Shown here: positions 1-13,917 of the stretch, piece by piece | Numbering within the stretch: the stretch's first letter is position 1 | How the letters are laid out: each line of letters begins with the position of its first letter | Assembly (NCBI RefSeq): GCF_009914755.1 | Contig: NC_060948.1 | Strand: one strand, 5' to 3' | Source of the DNA: the human T2T-CHM13v2.0 reference genome, Homo sapiens | DNA length: 64,000 nucleotides | The notes under the pieces: generated by a model | Told to the model about the DNA's origin: nothing | Database searches by the model: none | Seen by the model: only the letters and a program-made list of their open reading frames with translations | Position numbers and translations under genes: made by a program

Positions 1-282
1 ACATTTTTATATCAAGTTCCTAGTATGCTGCTTGATATATGATAGAGAGTAAATTCTTACTCTGTGAAGACATAAGTGTAATGTTGGCTCATTCATTTAT
101 AAGTTCATGTGAGCTTACTAACTCTGAATCACAATGACTCATGAACATTTAGATGACTCAGAAACATTCAGGCAGCACCACCACTAAAATCCATGGGGAT
201 TTTATTCCTTTGGAGTTTTATTTCTGAATGTACATTTTGTTTATTTATTTTCCTGAAGAACTTCCCAAATTTTAGTTAAGGG

Positions 283-565
283 GGCTAGGTCTGGTGGCTC
301 GTGCTTATAGTTTTAGCACTTTGAGAGGCTGAGATGGGGATCTCATTTGAGCTCAGAGGTTCAACACCAGTCTGGGCAGCATGGCACCACCTCATCTCTA
401 AAAAAAAATTAGGGGAACTCGGTGATGTGTGTTTGTAGTCTCAGCTACTCAGAAGACTGAGGTAGGATGATGCCTTGAGTCTGGGAGGCAGAGGTTGCAT
501 TTACCCAAAATCACAACACTGCACTCAAGCCTGAGCAACAGAGCAGAACCGAGTCTCAAAACAAA
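283..565 (+). mobile_element. Alu (old, AluJ-like)
   Basis: Dimeric Alu with A-rich linker (~400-408) and A-rich tail; strongly CpG-depleted. Confidence 0.85.
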
Positions 566-728
566 GATTACCTAAAATTACCTAAGGGACTGAGATATGT
601 TAATTAAGTAGCATAGATTACACGGGGATGTTAACAATATATGGAAATGTACTTTAACAGAAATTGGGAGAGTAAATGTAAATACATGTGCCGCTGGAAT
701 AGCTAGTTGAGGAAGACATTGAATTGGA

Positions 729-1025
729 TTTTTTTTTTTTTGAGATGCAGTTTTAATCTTTTGCCCAGGCTGGAGTGCAATGGTACTACCTCAACTCACT
801 GAAACCTCTGCCTCCCAGGTTCAAGTGATTCTCCTACCTCAGCTTTCCAGTTAGCTGGGATTAAAGGTGCCGACCACCTTACCCAGTTAATTTTTGTAAT
901 TTTTGTAGAGATTGTGGTTTCACCATATTGGGAAAGGCTGGTCTCAAGCTTTTGACCTCAGGTGATCAGCCTGTTTTGGCCTCACAAAGGGCTAGGATTA
1001 CAGCAGTGAATCACCATGCCCAGCT
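729..1025 (-). mobile_element. Alu (AluS-like)
   Basis: Poly-T then GAGATGCAG...CCCAGGCTGGAGTGCAATGG...CACCATGCCCAGC. Confidence 0.9.
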
Positions 1026-1145
1026 GAGTAGGAATCACTTGAAGGGGAAATTGTATTCTTAATTTCTGTACTTTGTTTTTTGGAATTTAGTTAGAAGTAT
1101 ATTTATTTCAATTTGTTCTGCTTCCATTAACTTTCTTGCTAAAAC

Positions 1146-1452
1146 TTTTTTTTTTTTTTTTTTTTTTGAGAAATAGTCTTGCTCTGTCACCCAGGCTGGA
1201 GTACAGTGGTGTGATGTCGGCTCATTGCAAATTCTGCCTGTCAATTTCAAGCAATTTCCTGCCTCAACCTCCTGAGTAGCTGGAATTACAGGTGCCTGCC
1301 ACCATGCCCAGGTAACTTTTGTATTTTCAGTAGAGATGGGGTTTTGCCACCTTGGCCGGTGTGATCTTCATCTCCTGACCTCGTGACCTATCTGCCTCTG
1401 CCTCAGTCTCCCAAAATGCTGGGATTACAAGCATGAGCCACAACAATCGGCC
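1146..1452 (-). mobile_element. Alu (AluS-like)
   Basis: Poly-T then complete reverse-complement Alu body. Confidence 0.9.
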
Positions 1453-4400
1453 AAAATTAATGCTTTTTTACAGATTGAAACAAGAAAATCTATGCTCAAA
1501 GCCTTGTTTTACTAAAAGATATAGATTTGTTAAGAGGAAAAAAGGCAAAGCTAAAGCAGAGAGTTGAAGCTTTTGAATTATGCATATGCATGTTTATCTT
1601 GAATCTTCGGAATGATGAGATTAAAAAGAATTACTAAATATATGTCTAAATATTGTAATGTTTACTGACAAGTAGAATTATTTTTTATAAAGGTGATCTC
1701 ACCCAGCATTAGAAGTTACACATTAACAGAAACAAATATTAGGTCTGTGCTTTTGAAATATTAAACGTTAACATGAAATGCTATCACTAGGCTACAGTAA
1801 CACCAAATAGAAAATTTGGAGAAGCTGTATGACACTTGAACAGATCATACATTTTAAAGTTAACTTCAGACCTTCAGGTCTGATATTTTTGTGTGTTTAT
1901 GTATTGTAGCCGAATTCCAAATATCCAGGCCTGAAGCTTTTACCTGCTCTGTGCTCAAAAAAGGAAGTATTGTGGTTTGACTTGTACTGGATGAAACTAT
2001 TTCTCAATGCTATTCACTTTTTCTGTGTGCTCAGAAATGTTTCATCCTTCATATATTACCTGGGATTGACAGAAAGCTCACCTGTGTATAGTTTGCACAA
2101 GAAGTTTTCCTTTCCATTGGGAATATTCTGTTAATTGACACCCATAGATATTTTAGGCTTTTAGCTCATTAAAGAATTTGTCCCCATCTTATTTAACGTT
2201 GTTTTCTCACTTCTATAGGTTTGATTTTTTATTTCAGCCCACTGTGTATCTTACTCTCTTTTTGGCAGTAATGAAAAGGTAGATTAAACGAGAGAGAGAG
2301 AGAGAGACGAAAAAAAGAGAAACATTTGGGCAAGGAGTGTGTGTCACTTTTTTTAACCTCCATTTTCTCTACTCCTTTTCCCTTCTCTCAGCGTATATAC
2401 ACAATCAATGTAGTTTACCTCTCCATGGCGTTCCAGATTACCAGAAGAGGGAGCTAATACCTGGAGCTTTTAACTGCTCTTAGACTAGTTAGTGTTTTGC
2501 AGTGCTTCTCAGGATGGCTGGATCTCATCTCCTGTGAATCCACCTCCCTGGCTGGGGAGTTGGTGTAATGGGTGATTTGAAGTCTCACTATGAAGATCAT
2601 TCTATTCTTAAGTATGTGGAAGCCCTGAATGACCCATCTATCTGTTGCCCTCTCTTTTGGTACTTGATCAATATTCAATCAATCGGTTTTTTTTTTTGTT
2701 TGTTTCATAGGGATTTTTTGTTGGTGTTTTTTGGTTTTAAGAGACAGGGTCTTGCTATGTTGTCCAGGCTGGTCATGGAGCAGTTTTAGTCTGTTGAACT
2801 AAAAAGGTGTCACGTGATGTTTTTCCTAAATTTGTTAACTCAGCTATTATAGTTTATTTACTTTATGTTTTTTGCTAATTTCAGAACCCAGGAACTCCAG
2901 GAAGAAAAACATAAAAGCATGACTGAGGACTTAGGAGATGGGAGCAGAATACAAAGTGTCTTGAGGAAACCTATGACTGAAACCTAAAAAACGTACTTCT
3001 AAAGTAATTGTTTGGCACATTTGAAGAAGTAATATGTTTAAATTACATTTGTAGAAATATAACAAAAGCCGAGGAAGTAGTCTATGATTAATCTTTTATG
3101 CAAACTTTAGTGTTAAAAATACATATGTTTATCAACAGCCAATATATTCTTGCATTTGAGTTAGGGTAGCTTTTAAAAGATAAGGTGTAGAAAAGCACAT
3201 CCTCTGTTCTTCTTACTCATGGCTTCTTGAATATTTATCAAGGACTGAGATTTGCTTTAAATTTCAGGGCACGTTGCGACTTGCTCAGGTTGCATAATTA
3301 ATAAGATGTAGTTTGAATTATAATAACTTTTAGTTTCCTTTTTCTCTACCACACTCATACTGCCACAAAGATGGGGATATCTAACAATGTATAAAGTATA
3401 CTTAGTGGTCAGATTGTTTGTCAGTGAACGTGTGTCTTGTATTCCTTCATGATTCTGCAAAGTCATGATCACAAGAAAGGAGCTAAAATTAACTATGTGG
3501 GGCAAAAATTGATATAGGGAAAGCAAAATATGGACAACTGTCGTTAATTTGGCTTTGCTTTACTCTCACCTTGTGTATAAGTGAGTAATACGTCAGTTGT
3601 AAGACTTTATGCCCATGTGGTAACTTTTCAGTGGGTTCGAAAGCATCTGACACATACAAAATCCTCAGTTAATATTTGCTGTTAATGTGTCCGGAAGAGA
3701 TGACTCAACTCACGTGCTCTGGGCATTTATTTATGTGGCCTGTTTTTAATTGCCTTCCTCATAATTTATCATCAATATTCCATTACACAGAACTTGCAAA
3801 GGTTTCTTGAGGTTATTCTATAAACAAATTCTATTTTTAAAATATAGAACAGTTATTTATAGATTCTGAATTCCCAATATATTCTCAATATATTTTCATA
3901 AATCTGTAGTCGTCGAGAAGTTGGCAGAAGCTTATTGCCTCTGGTACATATTACTTCTAACCACGAGAAACTTTACTTTTCGTGATGAAAATGAAGTATT
4001 TTATCCAATTTTTTGGTCAGTTTCTATATTAAAATAGCTGACATGAAGTTTCTGTAATTTTTTTAATAATACATTTATTAGTAGTTTTTAGTAATTTTTA
4101 GTTTTACAGTTAGTAATTTTTAGTAATACATTTATTAAAGTATGTTAATTTTATATAGTTATGGAGCTAGTGAACTGTTTGGTACCATTGTGACAGCTTC
4201 CATGGCCTGCATGGTGTATTTCTGGCTTTGGGAGTTCTCATATGACTTTGGCAAGCTTGGAGTTTGAGGACTGTTCACAACAGGAATGTTTCTTCATCCT
4301 TTTGGAATCAAAAGTCAACTTGTAAAAGCTGAGAAACAAAAGTAAAAATGTGAAAATGTGCCTTTGGATATTGCTAATTCAGATATAATGCTTTTAGCAC

Positions 4401-6289
4401 CTGGTTCCCTGGACTGGGCTTTGTCCCTGGGCCCAAAATCCTTACATTTGTTTGGGCTGTGCAGATAGTACAGGTGGGTTGAAAGTGACTGTCTAATTAT
4501 CATTTGGGATTGAGTCTGTTGTGTGCTGTGTAAATTTAACTGTCTTCCCTGTTCTTTGGGCCAGTTGAGACCAACTGGAAAGGAATGCTTTCAGTAACCT
4601 TATGAAAACACAACCCTGCATTTTGTATGATTGTGCTTTATAACACCAAGGCAGGGTTTTGTTGGACATTTTATGTTTGAAAGTCATATCCCTGGCTTTA
4701 GCACTGAGGGACTTTGAAGTCCCACAATGTCATATTCAGCGCCCTCAGCTGTATCTGTACCATAGATAAGGTCCTGCATTGATAAGCATCTTTCTGGAAA
4801 GACAACTGTGAAACTTATATTTACTCGTTCTGATACTCAGATATCAACTTCAACTAACGGATGACTACATCATTAGAACTAGTCGAGTGATTGAAGAGGA
4901 AAGGAAGAATAAAGGTATTGTTTGGGTGGGGCAAGAAGCCGTAGTTTTCAGTTTTGATACAAGGTATTAGCTTCCCTAGTTGAGTCTGTTTTATATTAAA
5001 AAATAGCTTATGCTATTTTTCTTGTCTATAGTACACTTTTGGTGTAATATTAATTATCTAAAATTTAAAAAAAGAATTGTCTTCCCTCCTTTTGAGAAAC
5101 CATTATTTTTAATATTTTATATAAACAGAAAGCCCAGAGATTTTTTTCTGGATATTTTATTAAACTTTATTTCAACATATTTTGATAAATCTGCAATTAT
5201 CAAGAAGCTGGCAGCAACTTATTGCCTCTGGTGCCTATTACTTTTAGCCATGAGATACGTTCTTTTTCACTTATGGAAAAATTTTAACTTCTCTGTTTCC
5301 TGTGACATAGCTTCTTATTTTGTTGCCTTCTCATATTTTTTTTTATTTATAATATTTTTACTTTACATATAACCTCCTGAATTCTTGTGTATATTGCCCT
5401 TGAGACTGGAAGATGAGTAATGTCTCAATCTTCAGATATTTTATATTTCAATATATTTTTAGGAAATTGCCTGTAATGAGAAGTGAAGTTTTGGTGGAAT
5501 ATTCAAATAGATTCTTGGGAGTATACCAAAGTAGTTATTTGATGTTGTCCAGACACCCAGTGTGTGGCTTCCCCTTTTACTACTATCTTGTGGAGACTAA
5601 CACTTCTTTTATAAATTAGTACCATCATCTATGTAACAAATTTTGCCTTGATATTATATCTACATAGATTCAAGTTAGATAAAATGAAAATGACAAAGTA
5701 ATACCTACAATACAATAACAATATTGTCTTTTACAATATAGTAACAGACAGATCTTCTTCTTCAAGGAACTTAAAACCTCTCTGGTTAGCAGGTGTAGAT
5801 GGTGGAATTTCACCACATAGATGACAGTTATAGCTTCACGTCACCTGTTAACTAACAGGGCTTATTTCTTACTTGCCTGTGAAAATTTTATTCCCTACAC
5901 AGGCTATTTCATATTATAAAATAATGGTCATTAGGTCTGACAGACTGGCCATAAATATTAAATAGCTTTTGTATTCACAAGGAAAACATTATGATGTTTA
6001 AAGGGCTATTTATTTCAGGAAAAGCTGTTTACTTGCAAGAGGAGCTCACAGTTAGTAATCCAAAAAAGGAGGAACTCAATCAATCTGTAAGTTTTATGTA
6101 AGAACTCCAAGAATTTTTTAGCATATTTTTTGAAATACATTTTAATGAATATATAAAATTTTAGTCATGTATAATTTATCCAAAGTCTTTCTCTCGAGAT
6201 GTTTAAACTGCCATTTCTACGGCAAAGAGGGGGATGACTAAAGTTAACTCAACAGTTCTTAATTTCAACCAACATCATATATGAAAGTG

Positions 6290-6490
6290 TAGACAGTGCT
6301 TTGGGTCTTAGAGTCCTCCTTGAATCCTATCTGTGGCCCAATTTCTTGTGTGCCTCTGGGCAGGTCCTTTGATTGCAGATTCCTCAGCTGTAAACTCTAG
6401 GATGTTTTCCACATTATAGGGTTGTTGAGGGAATTCAGTGAGTTAACGTATGAGCCTAGTTCATAGCAGGTGGCCAATATTATTATTGTT
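6290..6490 (+). mobile_element. MIR fragment
   Basis: TGAATCCT...TGTGTGCCTCTGGGCAGGT...TTCCTCAGCTGTAAA...TAGGGTTGTTGAGGGAATTCAGTGAGTTAA resembles the MIR core. Confidence 0.65.
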
Positions 6491-6774
6491 CTGTTTCTAC
6501 ATTAACCTGTTCTTTCCTTTCATCAGCAGCAGCTAGAATTTTTGACATTATAGTGTTATCTCACATATTAAAACTAAATGCAGTGCATTTACCACCTGCC
6601 ATTGCTTGTTTAATTTTCTGTTTATTTTTATGCTTGCTGTCTGAAGATGAAGCTGGAATTTTAGGCACTTAAAACATTTTTGCAAGTTGAACTTTTGTGA
6701 GAACTTTGTATGCCTTCTTATTCAAATATGGCATACAGTATACTAAGAAAAGAAAAGCTCTACGCAAAATGTTA

Positions 6775-7396
6775 CTTTTTTTTTTTTTGAGACTGAGCCT
6801 CATTATGTCATTCAGTGTGGAGTGCACTAGTGTTATATCGGCTCACTACAATCATCACCTCCCAGGGTAAAGCAATTCTTGTGTCTCCACCTCCCGAGAA
6901 GCTCGGATTATAGCCATACCCCACCACACCAAGAAAATTATGTGTTTTTGTTTTGTTTTTGTTTTTTACTTTTTTACTTTTTAATTTTTTAAGATGGAGT
7001 CTCATTCTGTTGTCCAGGCTTGAGTGTAATGATGCAAACTGGGCTCACTGCTACCACTGCCTTTGTTTTCAAGTGATTTTTCCTGTTTCAACCTCCTGGG
7101 TAGCGGGGATTACAGACACCTGCTACCATGCCTGGCTAATATTTATAGTTTTAGTAGAGATTGGGTTTCACCATGTTGGCTGGAGTTGGCAAATTTTTTA
7201 CCTCAAGTGATCTGCCCATGATGGTCTCCCAGTGTGCTGGGATTACAGGCTTGAGCCAGTGTCTGGCTGTACTTTTAGTAGAGACCGGGATTTTCCTTGT
7301 TGCCCAAGGTAGTCTGGAAATTCTGAGCTCAAGCTATCCTCTCATGTTGGCCTCCCAAAGTGCTGGAGTTACAGGCGGGAGCCACCATGCCTGGCC
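6775..7396 (-). mobile_element. Cluster of nested/partial Alus (about 6775-6940, 6975-7266, 7268-7396)
   Basis: Three reverse-strand Alu segments; the middle full-length copy appears to split an older one. Confidence 0.8.
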
Positions 7397-7884
7397 ATTT
7401 TTACCTTATCTTTTCATATTTAAAACAAACCTATATTGGTATGATGAGTGACTGTTTTAAGTTCTTCAATGCCTATGCAAAATGGGGTTATAATCTTACT
7501 TAGAAGGACTTGCTTCATGGGATGTTGTCCATAAAACTTCCTCTGCCCCAACTGCAGGGCAGAAGACAATTTTTGTTACTGTAGTTTGCATCTTATTGCA
7601 GAGATTCAGACATCGGTTCAGTGACCTCAGTTAAATTGTGACGCTATGCTAAAAGGAGCCTGCCAGCTTTTACTTTTGCAGCACTGTAAAGTCATCATTC
7701 AAATGCAAATTTTCCTTGTTAACTTTCAGATTGAGTTAATGTCTGTCAAAGCACAGTCTTTGGCAATAACAAAACAAATATATTGTGAATGAAAGTGTTC
7801 AAGAGATAAGTGACTATTTACTACTAAAGGAAGAAAAACTGGAAGAGAATAAAAATAAAAACATGCATCTCTTAAACCATATGT

Positions 7885-8121
7885 CCACCTCCTATGTTCA
7901 AGAAATTCTCCTGCCTCTGCCTCTCAAGTAGGTAAGACTACAGGAATTTACCGCCCCCCCCCCCACCCGCTCCACACACACACAGCTAATTTTTATATGC
8001 TTAATAGAGACAGGGTTTCACCGTGTTGGCCAGGCTGGTCTCAATCTTTTGACCAAAATGTTCCACTAGTCTGGGCCTCACAAATAGCCAGGATTACAGA
8101 CATGAGCCACTGTGCATGGCT
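7885..8121 (-). mobile_element. Truncated Alu
   Basis: Starts mid right arm (CCACCTCCTATGTTCAAG) just after the last OFD1-like exon and ends GAGCCACTGTGCATGGC. Confidence 0.8.
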
Positions 8122-8239
8122 TGCATGTATTAGTGATTCATACTAAGTCAGTATAAAACTATGTTTTATACTTGTAAAGGAGGCTTAAATTGGAAAGATT
8201 TATAAAATTATGATTTCTGGATTAAACTCTGCTAACCTG

Positions 8240-8610
8240 CCTCTAGGTGGTGTCAAGGCATTTTTTTTACTCTCTGCCTGCTGATTGGGTTTGGCTAGTG
8301 GGGACACCAGCCTCCACATACAGTGGCCCTAGACTGGCTGCTTCATATCAAGTCCCAGAGAGGTCATAGTGCCTGTGATGACATCTTTCAAGTGCTCTGA
8401 ACCATCTCTGTCTCTCCAGTGCTGAGAATTTATCTCTCCCCTAATTCTCCATTACCAAGGAGTACAAAGACTATGGTCCTGTTACTATCCCAGGGAACTC
8501 CACTATCTTTTGTAGATACCCTGAATAAGTCCCTCTTTATTAAAAAGTTCTTAGATGACTTTGACTGTGGGGACCATCTGCCTTCTGTCTGGATCCCAGC
8601 TGCTTCTTAC
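8240..8610 (+). mobile_element. Ancient ERVL LTR fragment (LTR33-like)
   Basis: GGGTTTGGCTAGTGGGGACACCAGC and 3' CCCTCTTTATTAAA...CCATCTGCCTTCTGTCTGGATCCC resemble recalled LTR33. Confidence 0.45.
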
Positions 8611-8719
8611 AGATGCACAGATTATATTGGATCTCGAGTCTGTCACCAAAAGGTAGACCAGATAGCACCTTGTGTGTATGGTAGAGGACAGAAACAGGCT
8701 TTCAGGTTAACATGAGAGT

Positions 8720-9270
8720 TTGAAAGAGTTCTTTTTCTTTCTGTGCCATCATGCATTCCACAAGCAATGAATGAATTGTTGTTTTTCCTGCAGCAAATCA
8801 GTTGTCATGTTTTAAAAATGGTTTAGCCATTCCAACAAATATAGATGGGCCATGCTAACTCGTTGTAATTTTCAGTCACTTAAAGATATATGAGTTTGAG
8901 CATCTTTTTGTTTGCTTGCCATCTTTGTATTTTCATTGGTGAGCTCAGCTTTTTACACATTGTCAATTGGGTAGTCTGTTTTATTGTTGAGTTTCAAGAT
9001 TTGCGTATTTTCAGTGCAAGTTTTTACCCCGATCTGTATTTTGCAGATATTTATTTTCAGTCTGTTGCTTATCTTTCTATTTCCTGAACAAGATTTTACT
9101 CAGAGTATAAGCTTTTAATATGAGAAACCTTAAATTATTAATTTTTTTTTTACCGTTGCTGATCGGCTTTGTTGTCATTTGTTAAAACTTGTGGCCAAAT
9201 CCAAGATCACATACATTTATGTCTGTGCTTTCTTCTAGAATTTGCATAGTTTTACATTTCCAGTTAATGG
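8720..9270 (-). mobile_element. Old L1M ORF2 fragment
   Basis: T-rich antisense L1 motifs such as CCAAATCCAAGATCAC...TTTCTTCTAGAATTTGCATAGTTTTACATTT. Confidence 0.7.
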
Positions 9271-9304
9271 CTCCTTCACCATTAAAAAAAAAAAAAAAAA
9301 AATG

Positions 9305-12300
9305 AGGGGGAATTGCTGGCAAGATTGCTGAATAAAAACAGCTCCAGATTGCAGCTCCCAGAGAGATCAATGCAGAAGGTGAGTGATTCCTGCATTTCCA
9401 CCTGAGGTACACTGTTCATCTCACTGGGAATGGTTGGGCAGTGGGTGCAGTCCATGGAGTGTGAGATGAAGCAGGGTGAGGCATCACCTCACCGGGGAAG
9501 CCTGAGAAACCAAGGGCCCTATTCCAGATATGCGCTTCTCCCATGGTCTTCACAACCTACAGACCAGGATATTCCCTTTGGTGCCTACCCCATGAAGGCC
9601 GTGGGTTTCAAGCACAAAACTGGGCAGCTGTTAGAGCAAACACTGAACTAGCTGAAAGAATTTTTTTTTTGTTTGTTTGTTTTCATACCTCAATTGTGCC
9701 TGGCATGTTAAGGAGACAGAACCGTTCACTCCCCTGGAGAGAGGTGATGAGGCCAAGGAGCCAAGTGGTCTGGCTTGGGGAGTGACACCCCCTACAGAGG
9801 CAAACAAACTAAGGTTCACTGGCTTGAAATTCTCTCTGCCAGCACAGCAGCAGTCTGAGATCGACCTGAAATACTCGAGCTTGTCTAGGGGGAGGGTCAT
9901 CCGCCATTGCTGAGCCTTGAGTAGGCCATTTTACCTTTGTAGTGTAAATAAAACCACAGGGAAGTTTGAATTGGTTGGAGCCAACTGCAGCTCAGCAAGG
10001 CTGATGTGGCTAGGCTGCCAGATTTCTCCTCTCTATGCAAGACTTTTCTGAAAAAATGACAGAATCCCCAGTCAGGGGCTTATAAATAAAACCCCGGTCT
10101 CCCTGGGACAGAACATCTGGGGGAAGGGGCAGCCATGGATGCAGCATCACAGACTTCAACATAACTGCCTGATGGCTGTGAAGAGAGCAGCAGACCTCCC
10201 ATCACAGCGTTTGAGCTCTGCTAATGGTCAGACTGCCTTCTCAAGTGGATCCATGGCCTCTGTGTATCCTGACTGGGAGACACCTCATACAGGAGAGCAC
10301 TGGCTGGAATCTGAAGGTGCCCCTTGGGGATGAAGCTTCCAGAGAAAAGAACAGGCAGCAATCAATGAGGCAGAAAATTAACAAGGATTTGCAGGACCTG
10401 AAATCAGCTGTGGACTAAGTAAACCTAATAGACATCTGCAGAACTATCCACCCCCAATCAACAGAATATACATTCTTCTCGGTGTCACATAACATGTATT
10501 CAAAAATTGACCACATAATTGGAAGTAAAACACTCCTCAACAAATGCCAAAGAATGCAAATTATAACAAAGAGCCTTCCAGACCATAGTGCAATCAAATT
10601 AGAACCCAGATTAAGAAACTCACTCAAAACCACACAACAACATAGAAATTGAACAACCTGTTCCTAAATCACTGATGAGTAAATAACAAAATAAGGCAGA
10701 AATAAAGATGTTCTTTGATACCAATGATAATGAAGACACAACGTATCACCATCTCTGGGGCACATTTAAAGCAGTGTGTAGAGAAAAATTGATAGCATTA
10801 AATGCCCACAAGATAAAGCAGGAAAGATCTAAAATAGACACGCTAACATTAAAATGAAAAGAAATAGTGAAGTAACAGCAAACCAATTCAAAAGCTAGCA
10901 GAAGACAAGAAATAACTAACATCAGAGAAGAACTAAAGGAGATAGTTCAAAAAAAACTTTCAAAAATCAATAAATCCACGCGCTGGTTTTTTGAGAATAT
11001 CAACAAAATAGATAGACCACTAGCCAAAATAATAAAGAAGAAAAGAGAGAAAAATAAAATAGATGCAACAAAAACTGATATAGGGAATATCACCACTGAT
11101 CCCACAGAAATAGAAACTACCATCAGATAATACTATAAACAGCTCTCGGCAAATAAACTAGATAATCTAAAAGAAATGGATAAATGCCTTGACGTATACA
11201 CCCTCCCATGTCTACACCAGGAAGATGTTAAATTCATGAATAGACCATTAACAAGTTCTGAAACTGAGGCAGTAACTGATAGCCTACCAACCAAGAAAAT
11301 CCAGTACCAGACAGATTCATAGCCGAATTCTACCAGAGATACAAAGAGGAACTGGTACCATTCCTTCTGATATTATTACAAACAATAAAAAAAGGAAATC
11401 CTCCTTAAATAATTTTATGAGGCCAGCATTATTCTGATGCTAAAAACCTGGCAGAGGCTCACCAAAAAAGAAAATTTCAGGCCAATATCCCTCATGAACA
11501 TTGCTGTGAAAATCCTCAATAAAATACTGGCAAACTGAATCCAGCAGCACATCATAAAGCTTATCCACCACGATTATGTCAGCTTTATCCCTGGGATACA
11601 AGGCTAGTTCAACATACGCATATCAGTAAATGTAACACATCACATAAACAGAACAAATGACAAAAACCACATGATTATCTTCATAGATGCAGAAAAGGAC
11701 TTCATCAAAATTCAACACCCCTTTATGTAAAATCTCTCAGTCAACTAGGTAAGGATGGAAGGTATCTCAAAATAATAAGACCTACTTATGGCAAAGCCAC
11801 CGCCAATATCATACCGAATGGGCAAAAATTGGAAGCATTCCCGTTGGAAACCTGTACGATGCAAGGATACACTCTGTTTTCACTCTTATTCAAAATTGTA
11901 TTGAAACTTCTGGCCAGGGCAATCAGGCAAGAGGAAGAAATAAATAAAGGGTATTCAAATCGGAAGAGAGGAAGTCAAATCGTCTCTGTTTGCAGAGGTC
12001 ATTATTATATACTTAGAAAACCCGCCATCTCAGCACAAAATCACCTTGAGCTGGTAAGCAACTTCAGATAAGCCTCAGGATTCAAAATCAATGTGCAAAA
12101 ATCACAAGCATTCCTACACACAATAACAGAGAAACAGACAGTGAAATTATGGGTAAACTCCCATTCACAGTTGCTACTAAGTGAATAAAATGCCTAGGAA
12201 TACAACTTACAGGGGATGTGAAGAAACTATTCAAGGAGAACTTCAAACCAATGCTCAAGGAAATAATAGAGGGCATAAAGAAATGAAAAAACCTTCCATG

Positions 12301-13835
12301 CTCATGGATAGGCAGATCAATATTGTAAAAATGGCCATACTACCCAAAGTAATTTATAGATTCAGTGCTATCCCCATCAAGCTACCAATCACTTTCTTCA
12401 CAGAATTGGAAAAAACCTTAAAATTCATATGGAACCAAAAAAGAGCCTGCACAGCCAAGACAATCTTAAGCAAAAAGAACAAAGCTGGAGGCATCACACT
12501 ACCTGACTTCAAACTATATTACAAGGCTACAGTAACCAAAACAGCACGGTACTTGTACCAAAATAGATATATAGACTAATGGAACAGCATAGTGGCCTCA
12601 GAAATAATACGACACATCTACTACCATCTGATCTTTGACAAACCTGAAACAAGCAAGCAATGGGGGAAATATTTTCCCTTTAATGAATGACGTTGAAAAA
12701 ACTGGCTAGCTATTCAGAAAACTGAAACTGGACCACTTCCTTATACCTTATGCAAAAATGAACTCAAGATGGATTAAAGAATTAAACGTAAGGATTAAAA
12801 CCATAAAATACCTAGAAGAAAACCTAGGCAATACCATTCAGGACATAGGCATGTGCAAAGTCTTCATGTTTAAACACCAAGAGCGATGGCAATAAAAGCC
12901 AAAATTGACAGATGGGATCTAATTAAACTAAAGAGCTTCTGCACAGCAAAATAAACTATCAACAACGTGAACAGACAACCTACAGAATGGGTGAAAAATC
13001 TTGCAATCTATCTATCTGAGACAAGGCTAATATCAGGAATCTACAGGGAACTTAAACAAGTTTACAAGAAATAAACAAACAACCTCATCAAACAGTGGGC
13101 AAAGGATATGAACAGACACTCCACAAAAGAAGACTTTGATGCCGCCAAGAAACATATGAAAAAATGCTCATTAATTTATCACTCGTTATTAGAGAAATAC
13201 AAATCCAAACCACAGTGAGATACCCTCTCAAACCAGTTAGAATGGCGATCATTAAAATATCAGAAAACTGCAGATGCTGCAGAGGATGTGGAGAAATAGA
13301 AATGCTTTTACAGTGTTGGTGGGATTGTTAATAATTTAACCCTTGTGGAAGACTAGGATCTTGTGGAAGACAAGAAATACCGTTTGACCCAGCAATCCCC
13401 TTACTGCGCGTATAACCAAAGGACTATAAATCATTCTACTATAAAGACACATGCACACGTATATTTATCGCAGCACTATTCACAGTAGCAAATACTTGGA
13501 ACCAACCCAAATGTACATCAATAATAGACTGAATAAAGAAAAGGTGACACATATACACCATGGGATAGTATGCAGCCGTAAAAGTGGATGAGTTCATGTC
13601 TTTTGCAGGGACATGAAAGAAGCTGGCAAACATCATTCTCAGCAATCTATCAGAAAAAAAGAAAACCAAACACCACATGTTCTCATTTTCAAGTGCGAGT
13701 TGAACAATGAGTACACATGGACACAGGGAGAAAAACATCACATGGTGGCGGGTGGTGGGATAGTGCGGAGAAAACATTAGGAGAAATACCTAATGTAGGT
13801 GATGAGTTGATGGGTGCAGCAAACCACCATGGCAT
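9305..13835 (+). mobile_element. L1PA7/8-like LINE-1, internally deleted (no ORF1), decayed ORF2, 3' UTR truncated
   Basis: 5' UTR start GGCAAGATTGCTGAATAAAAACAGCTCC; jump to endonuclease (RQKINKDLQDL) at ~10362; ORF2 remnants (12181-12579 [16 protein letters not shown]); ORF2 stop ~13703; 3' UTR ends at ~13835 without poly-A. Confidence 0.9.
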
Positions 13836-13917
13836 CGTAGTTTGCATTTCTCTAATGGCCAGTGATGATGAGCATTTTTCGTATGTTGGTTGCATAAATG
13901 TCTTCCTTTGAGAAGTG
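13836..13917 (-). mobile_element. Short inverted L1 ORF2 fragment
   Basis: Reverse strand encodes [12 protein letters not shown]. Confidence 0.8.

Larger units (their letters stand above)
1474..7878 (+). pseudogene. OFD1P1Y: Unprocessed (intron-containing) OFD1 pseudogene fragment, homologues of about exons 9-13
   Basis: Five AG-preceded segments in OFD1 order: 1474-1579 (IET...[23 protein letters not shown]), 2885-3003 (TQELQEEKHKSMTE...EETYD*), 4841-4914 ([24 protein letters not shown]), 6019-6110 (KAVYLQEELTVSNPKKEELNQSV), 7730-7878 (ELMSVKAQSLAITKQ...SDYLLLKEEKLE). They match recalled OFD1 coiled-coil sequence and carry stops, frameshifts and three lost GT donors. The locus symbol (P1Y versus its palindromic twin) is inferred from proximity to CDY2; the locus probably extends upstream of the window. 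Confidence 0.88.
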
